From NCBI GenBank assembly GCA_021815445.1, contig JAKAGM010000001.1, forward strand, positions 154,910 to 218,909: DNA of 64,000 nucleotides. Reading direction: 5' to 3'. This document shows, in pieces, positions 1-10,446 of this stretch. The DNA is from a bacterium (lineage in GTDB: Bacteria > Patescibacteriota > Patescibacteriia > UBA10025). A program made the position numbers and the translations under genes. Each line of letters begins with the position of its first letter. Positions within the stretch are counted from its first letter, which is position 1. The notes below the pieces were generated by a model. The model saw only the letters and a program-made list of their open reading frames with translations, had not been told where the DNA came from and did no database searches.

Positions 1-898
1 TCAGTACAGCATCCGCAGCCTCCCTGAGCGCGCTGGGGTCGATAGCAAGACCGATATATCTTACTTTTTGATCCAGAGTAAGAGCATCTGCCTCATCGCC
101 GACCTTCGCGGAGAACTTTTCTTCCTGTACCTCTCGGCCGATTAAGGCATTGAGCGAGCCGACAAAAGTAATATGCTGTTCATCGGCTACTTCTTTCAGC
201 TTTTTGAGCGCGTCCTGCGCCATCTGGTCTGAAAGCTGTTTGCGTATAGCCTGCAGATCGTTTTCGGTAATAAGCTTAGCGTCGCGCGTTCCGCCCGTCA
301 TCGGCGAAGCGCTCTCTGCATAGATTGAATCTTGGAGACCAGCCCACAATCCCGGAATTGTGAAATGGCTGGCGGCTATGTTGCCCGCCGGTCCGGGTTT
401 ATCTGCATATACTGTCACGCCTTCTACTTTTCCGCCCGGGGGGACGTCGACTCGCTTCTCGATGTGGAAGAGTACGCCGGTTGACGAAAGGAGCCGCGTC
501 GTGGCCTGCAGGGGTTGGACCTGAGACCATTTATTGTAGATAGTCACTGTTCCGCGGGCGATATCGTCGACCTTGCCGCTCGGGGTAATATTCGTGTACG
601 TGAGGCTGCCATCGAGCGTCGTGTTAAGCAGGGTGCCGACTATGACAGGGATATCTGCGGGGGTTTGAGGAAGTTCTTTCTCGATACGCACGGTAAAAAC
701 TGCGGTCTGTTCCACCGGCGACGGCGTGATGGTAATCGTCGTCTTGGCAAAAGAGAAATACAGGATGAAGCCCACGAGAAGGGCGGAAATGAAGGAGAAC
801 GCCGCCACGACCTTTTGATACGATTTTGTCGTGCGTGCCGTGCTCAATTTCCTGGCTTGATGGTTTCGCTGCTCATGCGCAGGACGAGTTTTTTGCAT
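1..898 (-). CDS. Membrane-anchored baseplate J/gp47-like protein (CPR type), truncated by window edge
   Basis: Not in ORF track. Manual translation from ATG at 898: MQKTRPAH..., one TM helix (VVAAFSFISALLVGFILYFSF), then ARGTVTIYN...LQATTRL...GVLF...VYADKPGPAGNI...FTIPGL...MTGG, motifs I recognise from this family. Starts 12 bp after dnaE. Confidence 0.7.
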   Translation of the reverse strand, partial: MQKTRPAHEQRNHQARKLSTARTTKSYQKVVAAFSFISALLVGFILYFSFAKTTITITPSPVEQTAVFTVRIEKELPQTPADIPVIVGTLLNTTLDGSLTYTNITPSGKVDDIARGTVTIYNKWSQVQPLQATTRLLSSTGVLFHIEKRVDVPPGGKVEGVTVYADKPGPAGNIAASHFTIPGLWAGLQDSIYAESASPMTGGTRDAKLITENDLQAIRKQLSDQMAQDALKKLKEVADEQHITFVGSLNALIGREVQEEKFSAKVGDEADALTLDQKVRYIGLAIDPSALREAADAVL

Positions 899-909
899 AA
901 AATATACCG

Positions 910-3900
910 CTATGATTCCTTATTGATGACTTCCGCAATGGCCTTGTGGAATTCGCTTGATGGGCTTATTGAGTATTTTGTCGCGACTACTTTTGTCGTG
1001 TTTCCGGAAAGTATCTTGAGGTGCACGCGCTGGTCACCGGGAAAACGAGCAAAGACCGTCTTTAACTGGTCGATATCCTGTGGACGGGGGGGAGCATTCA
1101 GGGATAGGTAAAAAGCTTGCTGCACCTCGTGAGGCGGAACTCCCGGCAGGTTCGAGGATTGGGAAGCCTTTGCCGGAGTGAATGCACGTGCACTGGAGAC
1201 CAGTATTTTCATCATACCATCTTTATCCGAAATCTTTCCATCAACCACCAGTATAGTGTCCTCCTGCCAGACGGTAGGGTTTTCTTTCAGGACCGAGGGA
1301 AAGACTATTGCCTCGGTCCTTCCAGAGAGGTCCTCGATCCGGGCAAAAAGCATCGGTTCTGAGTTTCTCGTCATCACGCGCTGGATTTGCGTTACAATGC
1401 CGCCGACACGGACAGATCGGTTGCGGTAATCTCCCAATGCCGCGATTCGAACCGTCACAGCTTCGAGCTCTTCCCGGTGTTCCGCCAAGGGGTGATCAGA
1501 GATATAGAGGCCGAGCAATTCTTTTTCCCATGCCAGAGTCTGTTTCTTGGTGGCAGGGGTTGTCGGTCTCAGCCTGAGGATGGGGGAATGATCGACGGGA
1601 AGCATACCAAACAAATTTGTCTGTCCGCTGGCGCCCTCGCGTTCTGACGCTTTTGCCATCGAGAGGATGAGGTCCATGCTGCTCAGCATCTGATTCCGCT
1701 CGCCGAAAGCGTCGAGTGAGCCGGACTTAATGAGACTCTCGAGTGATTTTTTGTTCAAATCCTTTGTTTTGACGCGGGTCAAGAAGTCTTCTAGTGAACG
1801 GTACTGACCGTGCTCTTTTCTCTCGCGGACTATTGCTTTAACGACGTGCTCTCCGACATTTTTGACCGCCTGAAGCCCGAAGCGGATTTTCCTTTGGGGG
1901 AGGCGAGTCTCGGTATTATATACGGCGGTAAATGTCGTGTAGCTTTCATTCACATCGGGCGGGAGTACGACGATATTCATCCGTTTGCATTCTTCCACTT
2001 CGATAGCGATGCGGTCGATGTCACCTTGGTCCGATGTCATAAGGGAAGCCATGAATTCCTCGGGGTAATTCGCCTTGAGATACGCCGTTTGATATGCAAT
2101 CAACGCGTAACAAGCGGCGTGAGCACGGTTAAAGCCGTACCGGGCAAAAGGTTCGGTAAACTGCCAGATTTTTTCAGCTGTGGATCGGGGAATCTTATTG
2201 CCGACCATTCCTTCGATCATTTTATCACGCTGTTCTATGAGCAGTTTGCGGATTTTTTTCCCTACTGCTTTTCGCAGGACATCCGCCTCGGCAAGCGTAA
2301 ACCCCGCAAGATCACGCGCAATCTGCATTACCTGTTCTTGGTAAACGGCGATGCCGTAAGTTTTTTCGAGGATAGGCTTCAGCTTCGGATGAAGGTAGAC
2401 AATCCGCTTGAGTCCCTGCTTTCCGGCGATATATTGGGGGATAAGCTCCATCGGGCCTGGGCGGAATAGCGCGACCATGGCGATGATGTCCTCGAGTTCA
2501 GTCGGTTTCAGTTGGATCAAGTAGCGCTGCATGCCGCGGCTTTCAAGCTGGAAGACACCGATTGATTTGCCCTCCTGCAAAAGTTTGAAGGCGCCAGGAT
2601 CATTCAGCGGGAGCGTGTCGAGATTGAGAGAGGTTCCTCGAGCCTTCTTAATGATGTCGAGGGTATTTTCCAGGATAGTGAGATTTTTAAGTCCAAGGAA
2701 GTCCATCTTTAAGAGTCCGAGGTCTTCTATCGCATGCAAGGAGTACTGGGTGACGATGATCTTATCATCCTGAGCGGCGTACTGGAGGGGAACATATTCA
2801 TTGAGCGGCTTCTTGGTAATAACCACCCCGCATGCATGTGTTGAAGAGTGCCTCGCAACACCTTCCAGTCGCCTGGCTGAGTCAAGAAGTTTCGCACCGT
2901 CGGGGTCGTTCTCGTGTATCTCCTGCAGCTCAGGCACAGAGGCAATCGCGTGGTCAAGATCGGTGAACATCGGGATGAGTTTGGCGACCCGATCGCAGTA
3001 CACATATGGCAGTCCCATGACTCTGCCGACGTCACGCACTGCGGCCCGAGCGGCCATGGTTCCGAAGGTGATTATTTGCGCGACGTGCTCCTTGCCGTAT
3101 TTTTCTTCCACGTACCGGATGACTTCATCACGGCGGGTATCAGCAAAATCCAAGTCAATATCGGGCATAGATACGCGCTCGGGATTCAAGAATCTCTCAA
3201 ACATGAGATCGTATGTTATAGGATCAATGTTGGTGATATTCAACAGATACGCGACGATGCTCCCTGCGGCGGATCCGCGCCCGGGGCCGACGACTATAGA
3301 GTGCGTCTTTGCCCAGTTGACGAAATCATGGACGATGAGGAAATAATCCGTAAATCCCGTACGCTCGATGACGCCCAGCTCATATTCCATCCGCCGCTGA
3401 ATCCGCTCGTTATGATCCATGCCTGGGTATCTGTATGAGAGACCCTTGTCGCAGAGCTCGCGCAGATAGCCCGAGGCCGTCTTGCCTTCGGGTAACGTGA
3501 AATGGGGCAGGACGACGCTACCGAGCTGGATGTTCACATCGCAGGCCTCTGCAATCTTTATCGTGTTTGCCAGGGCTTCAGGGGTTTCAGGGAATGCAAC
3601 TGCCATCTCCTCAGCGCTTTTGAGTGAAAAGTTTTCCCCTACATAACTCATGCGGTCGGTGTCCGTCAACTGGCGCTTCGTCTGGATGCAGAGAAGGATA
3701 TCCTGGGCTTCGGCGTCTTCATTCGTCAAATAGTGGACGTCATTCGTTGCAACGAGAGGTACGCCCGTCTCTTTTGACAATGCAATGAGTCCCTCGTTGA
3801 CTATGCGCTGGTTTGGTATTGTCGGGTGAGATTGGAGCTCAAGGTAGAAGCTGTCTTTGCCGAAAATATTTTGATAATGTGCGATTGCCTTGTGAGCCCC

Positions 3901-4359
3901 ATCATAATCTTTTGACAAGATGAGCTGCGGAATGTGGCCCTGCAGGCACGCTGTCAGAGCGATTAATCCTTCATGATACTTCTCGAGCATCTCAAGGTCT
4001 ATGCGAGGTTTATAATAAAAACCCTCGAGGTGGGCTATCGTGGTGAGCTTTAGTAGATTTTGATACCCGATGTTGTTTCGCGCGAGCAACACCATGTGGT
4101 AGGGTCGGTCGTCGACGCGCGGACGTTTATTGAGTCTCCCGTTGCGGGCAATATACGCTTCCACGCCGATAATGGGCTTGATCCCTGCCTTTACCGCTTC
4201 CTGGTAAAATTCGATAGCGCCATAAAGCACTCCATGGTCAGTGAGCGCCACTGCCGACATACCGTTTTTCTTTGCACGTTCTACAAGCTCGGGGATTTTT
4301 GGCAAACCGTCAAGCAGGCTATAATGTGAATGGATGTGGAGATGAACAAAGTCAGACAT
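910..4359 (-). CDS. dnaE: DNA polymerase III alpha subunit
   Basis: PHP domain (FVHLHIHSHYSLLDG), GRGSAAGS, MPDIDLDF catalytic motif, C-terminal OB fold; 1149 aa. Confidence 0.98.
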   Translation of the reverse strand: MSDFVHLHIHSHYSLLDGLPKIPELVERAKKNGMSAVALTDHGVLYGAIEFYQEAVKAGIKPIIGVEAYIARNGRLNKRPRVDDRPYHMVLLARNNIGYQNLLKLTTIAHLEGFYYKPRIDLEMLEKYHEGLIALTACLQGHIPQLILSKDYDGAHKAIAHYQNIFGKDSFYLELQSHPTIPNQRIVNEGLIALSKETGVPLVATNDVHYLTNEDAEAQDILLCIQTKRQLTDTDRMSYVGENFSLKSAEEMAVAFPETPEALANTIKIAEACDVNIQLGSVVLPHFTLPEGKTASGYLRELCDKGLSYRYPGMDHNERIQRRMEYELGVIERTGFTDYFLIVHDFVNWAKTHSIVVGPGRGSAAGSIVAYLLNITNIDPITYDLMFERFLNPERVSMPDIDLDFADTRRDEVIRYVEEKYGKEHVAQIITFGTMAARAAVRDVGRVMGLPYVYCDRVAKLIPMFTDLDHAIASVPELQEIHENDPDGAKLLDSARRLEGVARHSSTHACGVVITKKPLNEYVPLQYAAQDDKIIVTQYSLHAIEDLGLLKMDFLGLKNLTILENTLDIIKKARGTSLNLDTLPLNDPGAFKLLQEGKSIGVFQLESRGMQRYLIQLKPTELEDIIAMVALFRPGPMELIPQYIAGKQGLKRIVYLHPKLKPILEKTYGIAVYQEQVMQIARDLAGFTLAEADVLRKAVGKKIRKLLIEQRDKMIEGMVGNKIPRSTAEKIWQFTEPFARYGFNRAHAACYALIAYQTAYLKANYPEEFMASLMTSDQGDIDRIAIEVEECKRMNIVVLPPDVNESYTTFTAVYNTETRLPQRKIRFGLQAVKNVGEHVVKAIVRERKEHGQYRSLEDFLTRVKTKDLNKKSLESLIKSGSLDAFGERNQMLSSMDLILSMAKASEREGASGQTNLFGMLPVDHSPILRLRPTTPATKKQTLAWEKELLGLYISDHPLAEHREELEAVTVRIAALGDYRNRSVRVGGIVTQIQRVMTRNSEPMLFARIEDLSGRTEAIVFPSVLKENPTVWQEDTILVVDGKISDKDGMMKILVSSARAFTPAKASQSSNLPGVPPHEVQQAFYLSLNAPPRPQDIDQLKTVFARFPGDQRVHLKILSGNTTKVVATKYSISPSSEFHKAIAEVINKES

Positions 4360-4411
4360 AAAAGCCTCGCACTGGTTGTGTCAGGTTCGTTTCACGGTAT
4401 GAACGAAACGC

Positions 4412-4723
4412 TTATGAGCTTTTTGCCTTTTTAGACTGTTTCCGCTTCTTGAAGTGCTCAACGAGCTCGGTAACTCCTTTCACGACAAGGGGAAGGTAGG
4501 ATACTGAGGAGTTTATTTTTTCTTGAATGGTGTTAATGACCTCCTCGATCTGGCGGACGCGGTCGCGAACGGTTATGACGAGCGTTTCAACCTCTTTGGC
4601 AACCTCATGGGCCTTTTTAAGCATCATCGTGACGTAGTAGAGCGACCAAGCCAAAAAAAAGGTAAGCACGGCCACTGCTACCGCGAGAGTGAAAAAAAGT
4701 ATGTCTTTTGTCGTTGTAAACAT
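4412..4723 (-). CDS. Small membrane protein, TM plus coiled coil (DUF948-like)
   Basis: N-terminal TM, then coiled coil and basic tail; start MFTTTKD chosen. Confidence 0.65.
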   Translation of the reverse strand: MFTTTKDILFFTLAVAVAVLTFFLAWSLYYVTMMLKKAHEVAKEVETLVITVRDRVRQIEEVINTIQEKINSSVSYLPLVVKGVTELVEHFKKRKQSKKAKSS

Positions 4724-4860
4724 GGGGGGTGTTTGGCAATCAGAGTGTACCATAATTCTTAATCGGCTACAACACCCCTATCGTATTGAACGGGGGGTAC
4801 GCTTCTCAATACGCGAGGGGCGTGGTATACTTTTTGTGTATAAAGCATATCAGACGGGCT

Positions 4861-5700
4861 ATGGAATTACGATCGCGAGGAGACGCGTGGTTGCGAATAA
4901 ATTATTGGATGCTCTCAAATATTTCACTCCTGAAAAAATGGTGGGTGGTTGTCTTGTTGGGGCTGACGATCTTTATGATTGTATTTGCTCTTACTAACAT
5001 TCTTTTGTATGTGATAGCCTCGCCTCGTGAAGAGACATTGATACGTTCATTTCCGCAGACCATGTTGGGATTCACGGCCATGCGAAATACCATTACGCCA
5101 GCCCCATTGAATGTCGGTAAACCCATTCTCATCCCGGCGGCTGGATCCACGAGTGACATTGTCGCTAAAGTGACCAATCCGAACAAACAATGGCTTGCTG
5201 AGCGCGTCACCTACAGTTTTTCGGTAGATGGCCAGGAAACAAAAGAGGGGCAGGCGCTGGTCCCTGCTGGAAAAGAAACATACCTTGCCGTTTATGCCGA
5301 GCAGTTTCCGGCGGCAATGGGAACACGGCAAATAACGGTGACAATAAAAAATGTTCAGTGGGGCAGGATGTCAAAGAACAGCGTACCGCTTGAAGAGGTG
5401 ATTAAAGTGGATACTCCCCGTTACGCTATCGTGCAGGAAACCCAGCCGAATCGTACCGTGGGTACTGTGACGGCAGAAGTGACTAATAATTCGTTCCAAG
5501 GGTATTGGCAGGTAAAGTTTACGGTGACACTTTTTCGATCGGGGTCGCTTGTCGGTGTGAATACACTTTATATCGACAAGTTCCTTGCACATTCAAAGCG
5601 TGTCATCTCGGTCCAGTGGACTCCGGGACCCGGCAATGTCGACACTGTCGTTGTCACCCCCGAGCTGGATCTGCTCAACGCGAATGCTGTCATGCCCTGA
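4861..5700 (+). CDS. Membrane-anchored protein with extracellular beta-sandwich domains
   Basis: One TM, then beta-rich domains (AKVTNPN, AEVTNNS); directly upstream of rodA. Confidence 0.7.
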   Translation: MELRSRGDAWLRINYWMLSNISLLKKWWVVVLLGLTIFMIVFALTNILLYVIASPREETLIRSFPQTMLGFTAMRNTITPAPLNVGKPILIPAAGSTSDIVAKVTNPNKQWLAERVTYSFSVDGQETKEGQALVPAGKETYLAVYAEQFPAAMGTRQITVTIKNVQWGRMSKNSVPLEEVIKVDTPRYAIVQETQPNRTVGTVTAEVTNNSFQGYWQVKFTVTLFRSGSLVGVNTLYIDKFLAHSKRVISVQWTPGPGNVDTVVVTPELDLLNANAVMP

Positions 5701-5721
5701 TGAGCATTTTACATTGACTTC

Positions 5722-6834
5722 ATGTTTCGCGCCCTCTTTCTTTTTTTCAGGCAGCTCAATTGGCTGCTCATCGCTCCGGCCCTCCTCCTCGTGATCTATG
5801 GTTTAATTGTGTCTTTCAGTCTCGGCGCCGTAAAATTGCCGGTTGATTTTTCGTTATTTTGGAAGCAGGTAATTTTTTCAATTGTAGGCGTCCTCCTCCT
5901 ATTTCTCTTCAGTGTTATAGATTATCGATACTACAGATCGTGGGGTTCGGCGATTTATATATTTGCTGTCGCCGTATCTATCGGCGTCCTGCTTTTCGGT
6001 ACGACGATCCGGGCAACAAAAGGTTGGTTCGTTATTTTTGGGATGACTATACAGGTTGTGGAGTTCGTAAAGGTTATGTTTATTATCGCCCTGAGCGCAT
6101 ATTTCTCCCGGTTAAAATCTTCACTTGTGCGTTTTCGAGATCTATTCATTAGCGCACTGGGCATCGGTGCGCTTGTTTTTCTTACGTTTCTGCAAAGGGA
6201 TATGGGATCGGGCCTGCTCTTATTGTGTATTTATTTGGGCATGTTGTTTCTAGTCAGGACGCGAAAATCCCACATGATTTTGCTTGCAGCCGTCCTTATA
6301 GCCGCGAGCATCTTTAGCTGGTTTTTTATACTCCAGCCTTTTCAAAAAGAACGTATCCTCACTTTCCTGCATCCGTCACGGGACCCGCTGGGCATCGGAT
6401 ACAACGTTAAACAATCTACTATTGCTATCGGGTCGGGCCAATGGTTCGGGCGCGGCCTTACCCTCGGCTCTCAGAGCAGGCTCGATTTTCTCCCGGAGCG
6501 GCAAAATGATTTTATCTTTGCCGTTATCGGAGAAGCCCTCGGATTTGCGGGTATCCTTGTCCTTTTTTCGCTTTTTATTGCCCTGTACTACCAGATGCTG
6601 AGAATCGCTAGGCGCTCACGGGATGATTTTGGCATCCTGCTAGCCGGCGGAATCGCCATAGCTCTTATGTTGCAAACTGCTGTAAATATCAGCACCAACA
6701 TAGGTCTCCTGCCGATTGCGGGGCTCCCGCTTCCGTTTCTCAGCGCGGGCGGAAGCTCGCTGATGGTCAGTTTTCTGTCTGTCGGCATCGTGGCAAGCAT
6801 AGACCTTCGACAGCGTGTAGGGATGGCGAAATAA
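5722..6834 (+). CDS. rodA: SEDS-family peptidoglycan glycosyltransferase RodA
   Basis: Multi-TM; GYNVKQSTIAIGSG, FLPERQNDFIF, GLPLPFLSAGGSS motifs. Confidence 0.9.
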   Translation: MFRALFLFFRQLNWLLIAPALLLVIYGLIVSFSLGAVKLPVDFSLFWKQVIFSIVGVLLLFLFSVIDYRYYRSWGSAIYIFAVAVSIGVLLFGTTIRATKGWFVIFGMTIQVVEFVKVMFIIALSAYFSRLKSSLVRFRDLFISALGIGALVFLTFLQRDMGSGLLLLCIYLGMLFLVRTRKSHMILLAAVLIAASIFSWFFILQPFQKERILTFLHPSRDPLGIGYNVKQSTIAIGSGQWFGRGLTLGSQSRLDFLPERQNDFIFAVIGEALGFAGILVLFSLFIALYYQMLRIARRSRDDFGILLAGGIAIALMLQTAVNISTNIGLLPIAGLPLPFLSAGGSSLMVSFLSVGIVASIDLRQRVGMAK

Positions 6835-7043
6835 CCAGTTGAGGTTGGCGCAATGTTTACGCCGGCCCGCCCCCCATTCCGGCCCTGCTTTTAAAAACGC
6901 AGCGTTACAGGGTAATTCCTCCCGCGATATCGGCGGTTGAAACGCCGAGGGTTGACTTTCAGGCGAAGTATGATATACTATATATGCTCTGGACACATAG
7001 CGTGTGAGATGATTCAACCCGTTTATAGAGTACTCTTACATAT

Positions 7044-7370
7044 ATGGACAATTCTGCTCGAATGTTCCGTCCTGAGGGCTTAAGGCTTGTATCATACTGC
7101 CCGCTTTGCCATCTGCATTACAACGTCGGGGACGCCAAGATACTCGAAGAGCATGAAGATACGCACCTCATGCATGTGGTGTGCAAACGATGTTCAAGCT
7201 CTATTCTTGTCTTAATGCTCACCGGTGAGTTGGGAGTCAGCTCTGTCGGTCTTATCACCGATTTAACCAGTGATGATGTGGTGCGGTTTAAAGACCAGTC
7301 AGACATCCAGGACGATGACGTGATTGCGCTCCATGAGCAACTTCATCAGGATCTCCTCGACATTACGTAA
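7044..7370 (+). CDS. Conserved hypothetical protein with CxxC...CxxC zinc-binding motif
   Basis: YCPLC and CKRC pairs; sigma70-like promoter upstream (TTGACT near 6952). Confidence 0.75.
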   Translation: MDNSARMFRPEGLRLVSYCPLCHLHYNVGDAKILEEHEDTHLMHVVCKRCSSSILVLMLTGELGVSSVGLITDLTSDDVVRFKDQSDIQDDDVIALHEQLHQDLLDIT

Positions 7371-7462
7371 AGTCGGGTAAGTGTGCGGATCCGTGGGGGG
7401 ATTCAGAGTCAGTTAGAGAAAGTGGGATCGTTTATTTTACTTATACTGATTGAAAAAACTTC

Positions 7463-8173
7463 ATGCCATCAATTTCTATTGAAGCGACAAAACGGGAGGA
7501 AACAGGCAAGCGCGCACGATCGTTGCTGCACCGCAACATTATTCCTGCGGTTGTCTATGGCCACGATAGGACAAGCACGGCAATCGCGGTACCCTATGCC
7601 ACGTTTGAGCGGGCATACGCCCAGGCAGGGGAGAGCAGTCTCGTTGACTTGAAAATAAACGAAGATCAGCCCGTCAAAGTGCTCATCCAGTCAATACAAT
7701 CTGACCCACTCACGGGAAAGTTCCGTCATGTTGATTTTCATCAGGTAAAAATGACCGAAAAGCTCAATGCCGATGTCGCTTTGAAATTCATCGGCGAGTC
7801 TAAGGCCGTGAAGGAACTGGGCGGAGTGCTGATCAAAGCGCTGGATCATATCCCTGTTGAATGTCTGGCCAAAGATTTGATTCACGAGATTGATGTTGAT
7901 ATTTCCGTGTTACGTACGTTTGACGATGTTATCCGAGTTCGCGATTTGCGTGTCCCGACCACTGTCTCAGTCAAACACGATACTGACGATGTTGTTGCAA
8001 CTGTCCAACCCCCGCGCAGTGAAGAGGAAATAAAAGAGCTGGAAGCGAAGCCTGAGGCGGAAATCGGGGAGGTGGAAGTTGCCGAAAAAGGAAAGAAGAA
8101 GGATGAGGATGCAGAGGGTGAAACCGCTGCACCAGCGGACGAAAAAGGAAAAGTTCAAGAAGAAAAGAAATAA
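7463..8173 (+). CDS. rplY: 50S ribosomal protein L25/CTC
   Basis: IPAVVYG, HVDF motifs; long form with acidic tail. Confidence 0.95.
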   Translation: MPSISIEATKREETGKRARSLLHRNIIPAVVYGHDRTSTAIAVPYATFERAYAQAGESSLVDLKINEDQPVKVLIQSIQSDPLTGKFRHVDFHQVKMTEKLNADVALKFIGESKAVKELGGVLIKALDHIPVECLAKDLIHEIDVDISVLRTFDDVIRVRDLRVPTTVSVKHDTDDVVATVQPPRSEEEIKELEAKPEAEIGEVEVAEKGKKKDEDAEGETAAPADEKGKVQEEKK

Positions 8174-8180
8174 ATATCCT

Positions 8181-9272
8181 ATGGGTAAAAGACCGGAAGG
8201 CGTCACAGAATACACCTGGGGGGCCCGCAAGAGCCGAAAAAAAATAATTCTTATCTCATCTGCCGCCGTAGTAGTAGTGGCAGCCGCCGTGGCGGGCTTT
8301 CTCTTTTTTAGCAAAGGAGAAAAACCGCCGACAAACTCTACCAACGCTTCGCTCGGCCCCAATATGACCGCGGGACAATACCTCCCAAGGAAAATAGACG
8401 GGGTGATGGCGATTGTTGATAAGTCTAATGTATTTCCGGTTGCAATCATGATAGAGAATCTCGTGTCTGCTCGTCCGCAGGCGGGTTTAGGGGATGCAAA
8501 TGTTGTTTATGAAGCTTTAGCGGAAGGCGGTATTACCCGCTTCATGGCAATTTTTGCTTCGGGTGCTGATATAAAAAAAATCGGGCCAGTACGGTCGGCG
8601 AGACCGTATTATCTTGACTGGGCAAAAGAATATGGCGCGCTTTATGTACATATCGGAGGAAGTCCCCAGGCAATTGCGGATATTAAAGCAAAGGGAGTCT
8701 TTGACTTGAACCAGTTTTACCATTCCCCGAATTTCTATCGAGATAGCGCCCGTCCTGCCCCGCACAATCTCTACACGACAACAAGATTGCTTGCTTTTGC
8801 GCTGCGCGACCTCAAAGCAAGCGATACGGGTTCGTATGATAGTTGGACGTTTAAGGATCCCGAGAATACAGCGTCGCTTCCTACGGATCAAAAAACTATT
8901 GAGATAGATTTTTCAAGCTTCAGCTACAAGGTTGACTACACTTTTGATCGGGAAAAAAACATATATTTAAGGAACCAGGCCGGAGCGCCGCACCTCGATG
9001 CTGATGGCAAGCAAATTACAGCGCGAAATGTGATTGTCCAATACACCAAAACAAGCCTTGCGGACAGCACTGGCAGGCTCACGATGGTCACGACAGGTGA
9101 GGGGAGGGCGCTGTTCTTCAGGGACGGATCAGTAATTCAAGGCAGTTGGAAAAAAGATCAGAGCGGCTCGAGGACCCGGTATGTGGATGCATCAGGCAAC
9201 GATATACAGCTTAATCGGGGAACAACGTGGGTAGAGATTGTCCCTGATGACCGTCAGGTCGTGTATAAGTAG
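8181..9272 (+). CDS. DUF3048 (YerB-like) membrane-anchored protein
   Basis: IMIEN...ARPQAGL...VYEALAEGGITRF...IGPVRSARPY...APHNLY. Confidence 0.88.
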   Translation: MGKRPEGVTEYTWGARKSRKKIILISSAAVVVVAAAVAGFLFFSKGEKPPTNSTNASLGPNMTAGQYLPRKIDGVMAIVDKSNVFPVAIMIENLVSARPQAGLGDANVVYEALAEGGITRFMAIFASGADIKKIGPVRSARPYYLDWAKEYGALYVHIGGSPQAIADIKAKGVFDLNQFYHSPNFYRDSARPAPHNLYTTTRLLAFALRDLKASDTGSYDSWTFKDPENTASLPTDQKTIEIDFSSFSYKVDYTFDREKNIYLRNQAGAPHLDADGKQITARNVIVQYTKTSLADSTGRLTMVTTGEGRALFFRDGSVIQGSWKKDQSGSRTRYVDASGNDIQLNRGTTWVEIVPDDRQVVYK

Positions 9273-9301
9273 GCCAAGAAAAATAAAAACAAAAGACAGC
9301 C

Positions 9302-10429
9302 ATGAGCAACGCAAAAACAAAGCGTGCGGAAATATTTTTTAGGCATCCACGTGTCTTGGGTACGTGCGTTTTTTGCATTTTCACGCTCATAGCGTGGGTT
9401 GGGGTCGTCCGCCTTGCCGATGCCTCGCGGGTAAAGTGGTCCTGGTTGCTCAATACGAGCGGCACAACTTCTCCGGCCATTGCCGATACCGTCCCGGATG
9501 CGCCAGCGATTGTTGCCCAATACAGACTGCTCGACGGTATGAGTGCGACGGGAACCCAGGCCGCTGACTGGCCTGCTGCAGTCATGATCGAGAATCTCCC
9601 CAGCGTTCGGCCTCAATCGGGTCTCGGTGATGCGATGGTTGTCTACGAAGCGCTTGCCGAGGGAGGGGCTACTCGCTTTATGGCCCTTTTTGATCCCCAA
9701 ATTTCCGCGGCTGAAAAAATAGGTCCTGTCAGGTCTTCCCGTCCATATTATATCGAATGGCTCGGGGAGTATGACGCTCTCTACGCGCATGCCGGCGGAT
9801 CGCCAAAAGCGCTGCTGGTTATTTGGGAAGCACGGGTAAAGAACGTAGAAGCCCTGGGTCCTGACGGAAAGTATTTTTGGCGCGACCATTCGATTGCGGC
9901 TCCGCATAATCTTTTTACCAGCGCGGCCGAACTGAGGCTCGCATTGCAAACCAAGGGCTGGCTCGCGATGAAAGCCAGTTTTTTGCCGTGGACATTTGTC
10001 GATGATGCGACAGTAGACCAGCGGGGTGAGGACGGGAAAAGCGCCGAATTTAATTTTTCCACGGGAAAAAGCTATCTCGTACGGTGGCAGTATCAACGCC
10101 CGACAAACTCGTACCTGCGTTATAACGCCGGAGTGCCCCATATAGACAACAATACTGGTAAGCAGCTCGAAGCGAAGAACGTGGTAGTCCAGCTTGTTGA
10201 TCCTCCTGAGCTTGACGGGACAGGGAAGGGAAGACTCGATATCTATGTCGGCGGGACGGGTAAAGCATGGGTATTCAACAACGGCAACGCGATTGAGGCC
10301 ACGTGGAAAAAACTGTCCCGAACGGACAGAACGAGGTTCTACGATAGTGCTGGGCATGAGATACCCATGGTGCGCGGAGCTACATGGGTTCACGTTGTAC
10401 CTAAGGCACAGGCTGTTACGTACCGGTAG
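9302..10429 (+). CDS. DUF3048 (YerB-like) membrane-anchored protein, tandem paralogue
   Basis: VMIEN...RPQSGL...VYEALAEGGATRF...IGPVRSSRPY...APHNLF. Confidence 0.88.
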   Translation: MSNAKTKRAEIFFRHPRVLGTCVFCIFTLIAWVGVVRLADASRVKWSWLLNTSGTTSPAIADTVPDAPAIVAQYRLLDGMSATGTQAADWPAAVMIENLPSVRPQSGLGDAMVVYEALAEGGATRFMALFDPQISAAEKIGPVRSSRPYYIEWLGEYDALYAHAGGSPKALLVIWEARVKNVEALGPDGKYFWRDHSIAAPHNLFTSAAELRLALQTKGWLAMKASFLPWTFVDDATVDQRGEDGKSAEFNFSTGKSYLVRWQYQRPTNSYLRYNAGVPHIDNNTGKQLEAKNVVVQLVDPPELDGTGKGRLDIYVGGTGKAWVFNNGNAIEATWKKLSRTDRTRFYDSAGHEIPMVRGATWVHVVPKAQAVTYR

Positions 10430-10446
10430 GTCTTTGCTGATTTTTT

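Noticed and set aside
515-1111. 198-aa plus-strand ORF
   Set aside because: Antisense to the baseplate-J-like gene and the dnaE 3' end; no recognisable motifs
9254-10393. 379-aa minus-strand ORF
   Set aside because: Antisense shadow of the DUF3048 gene
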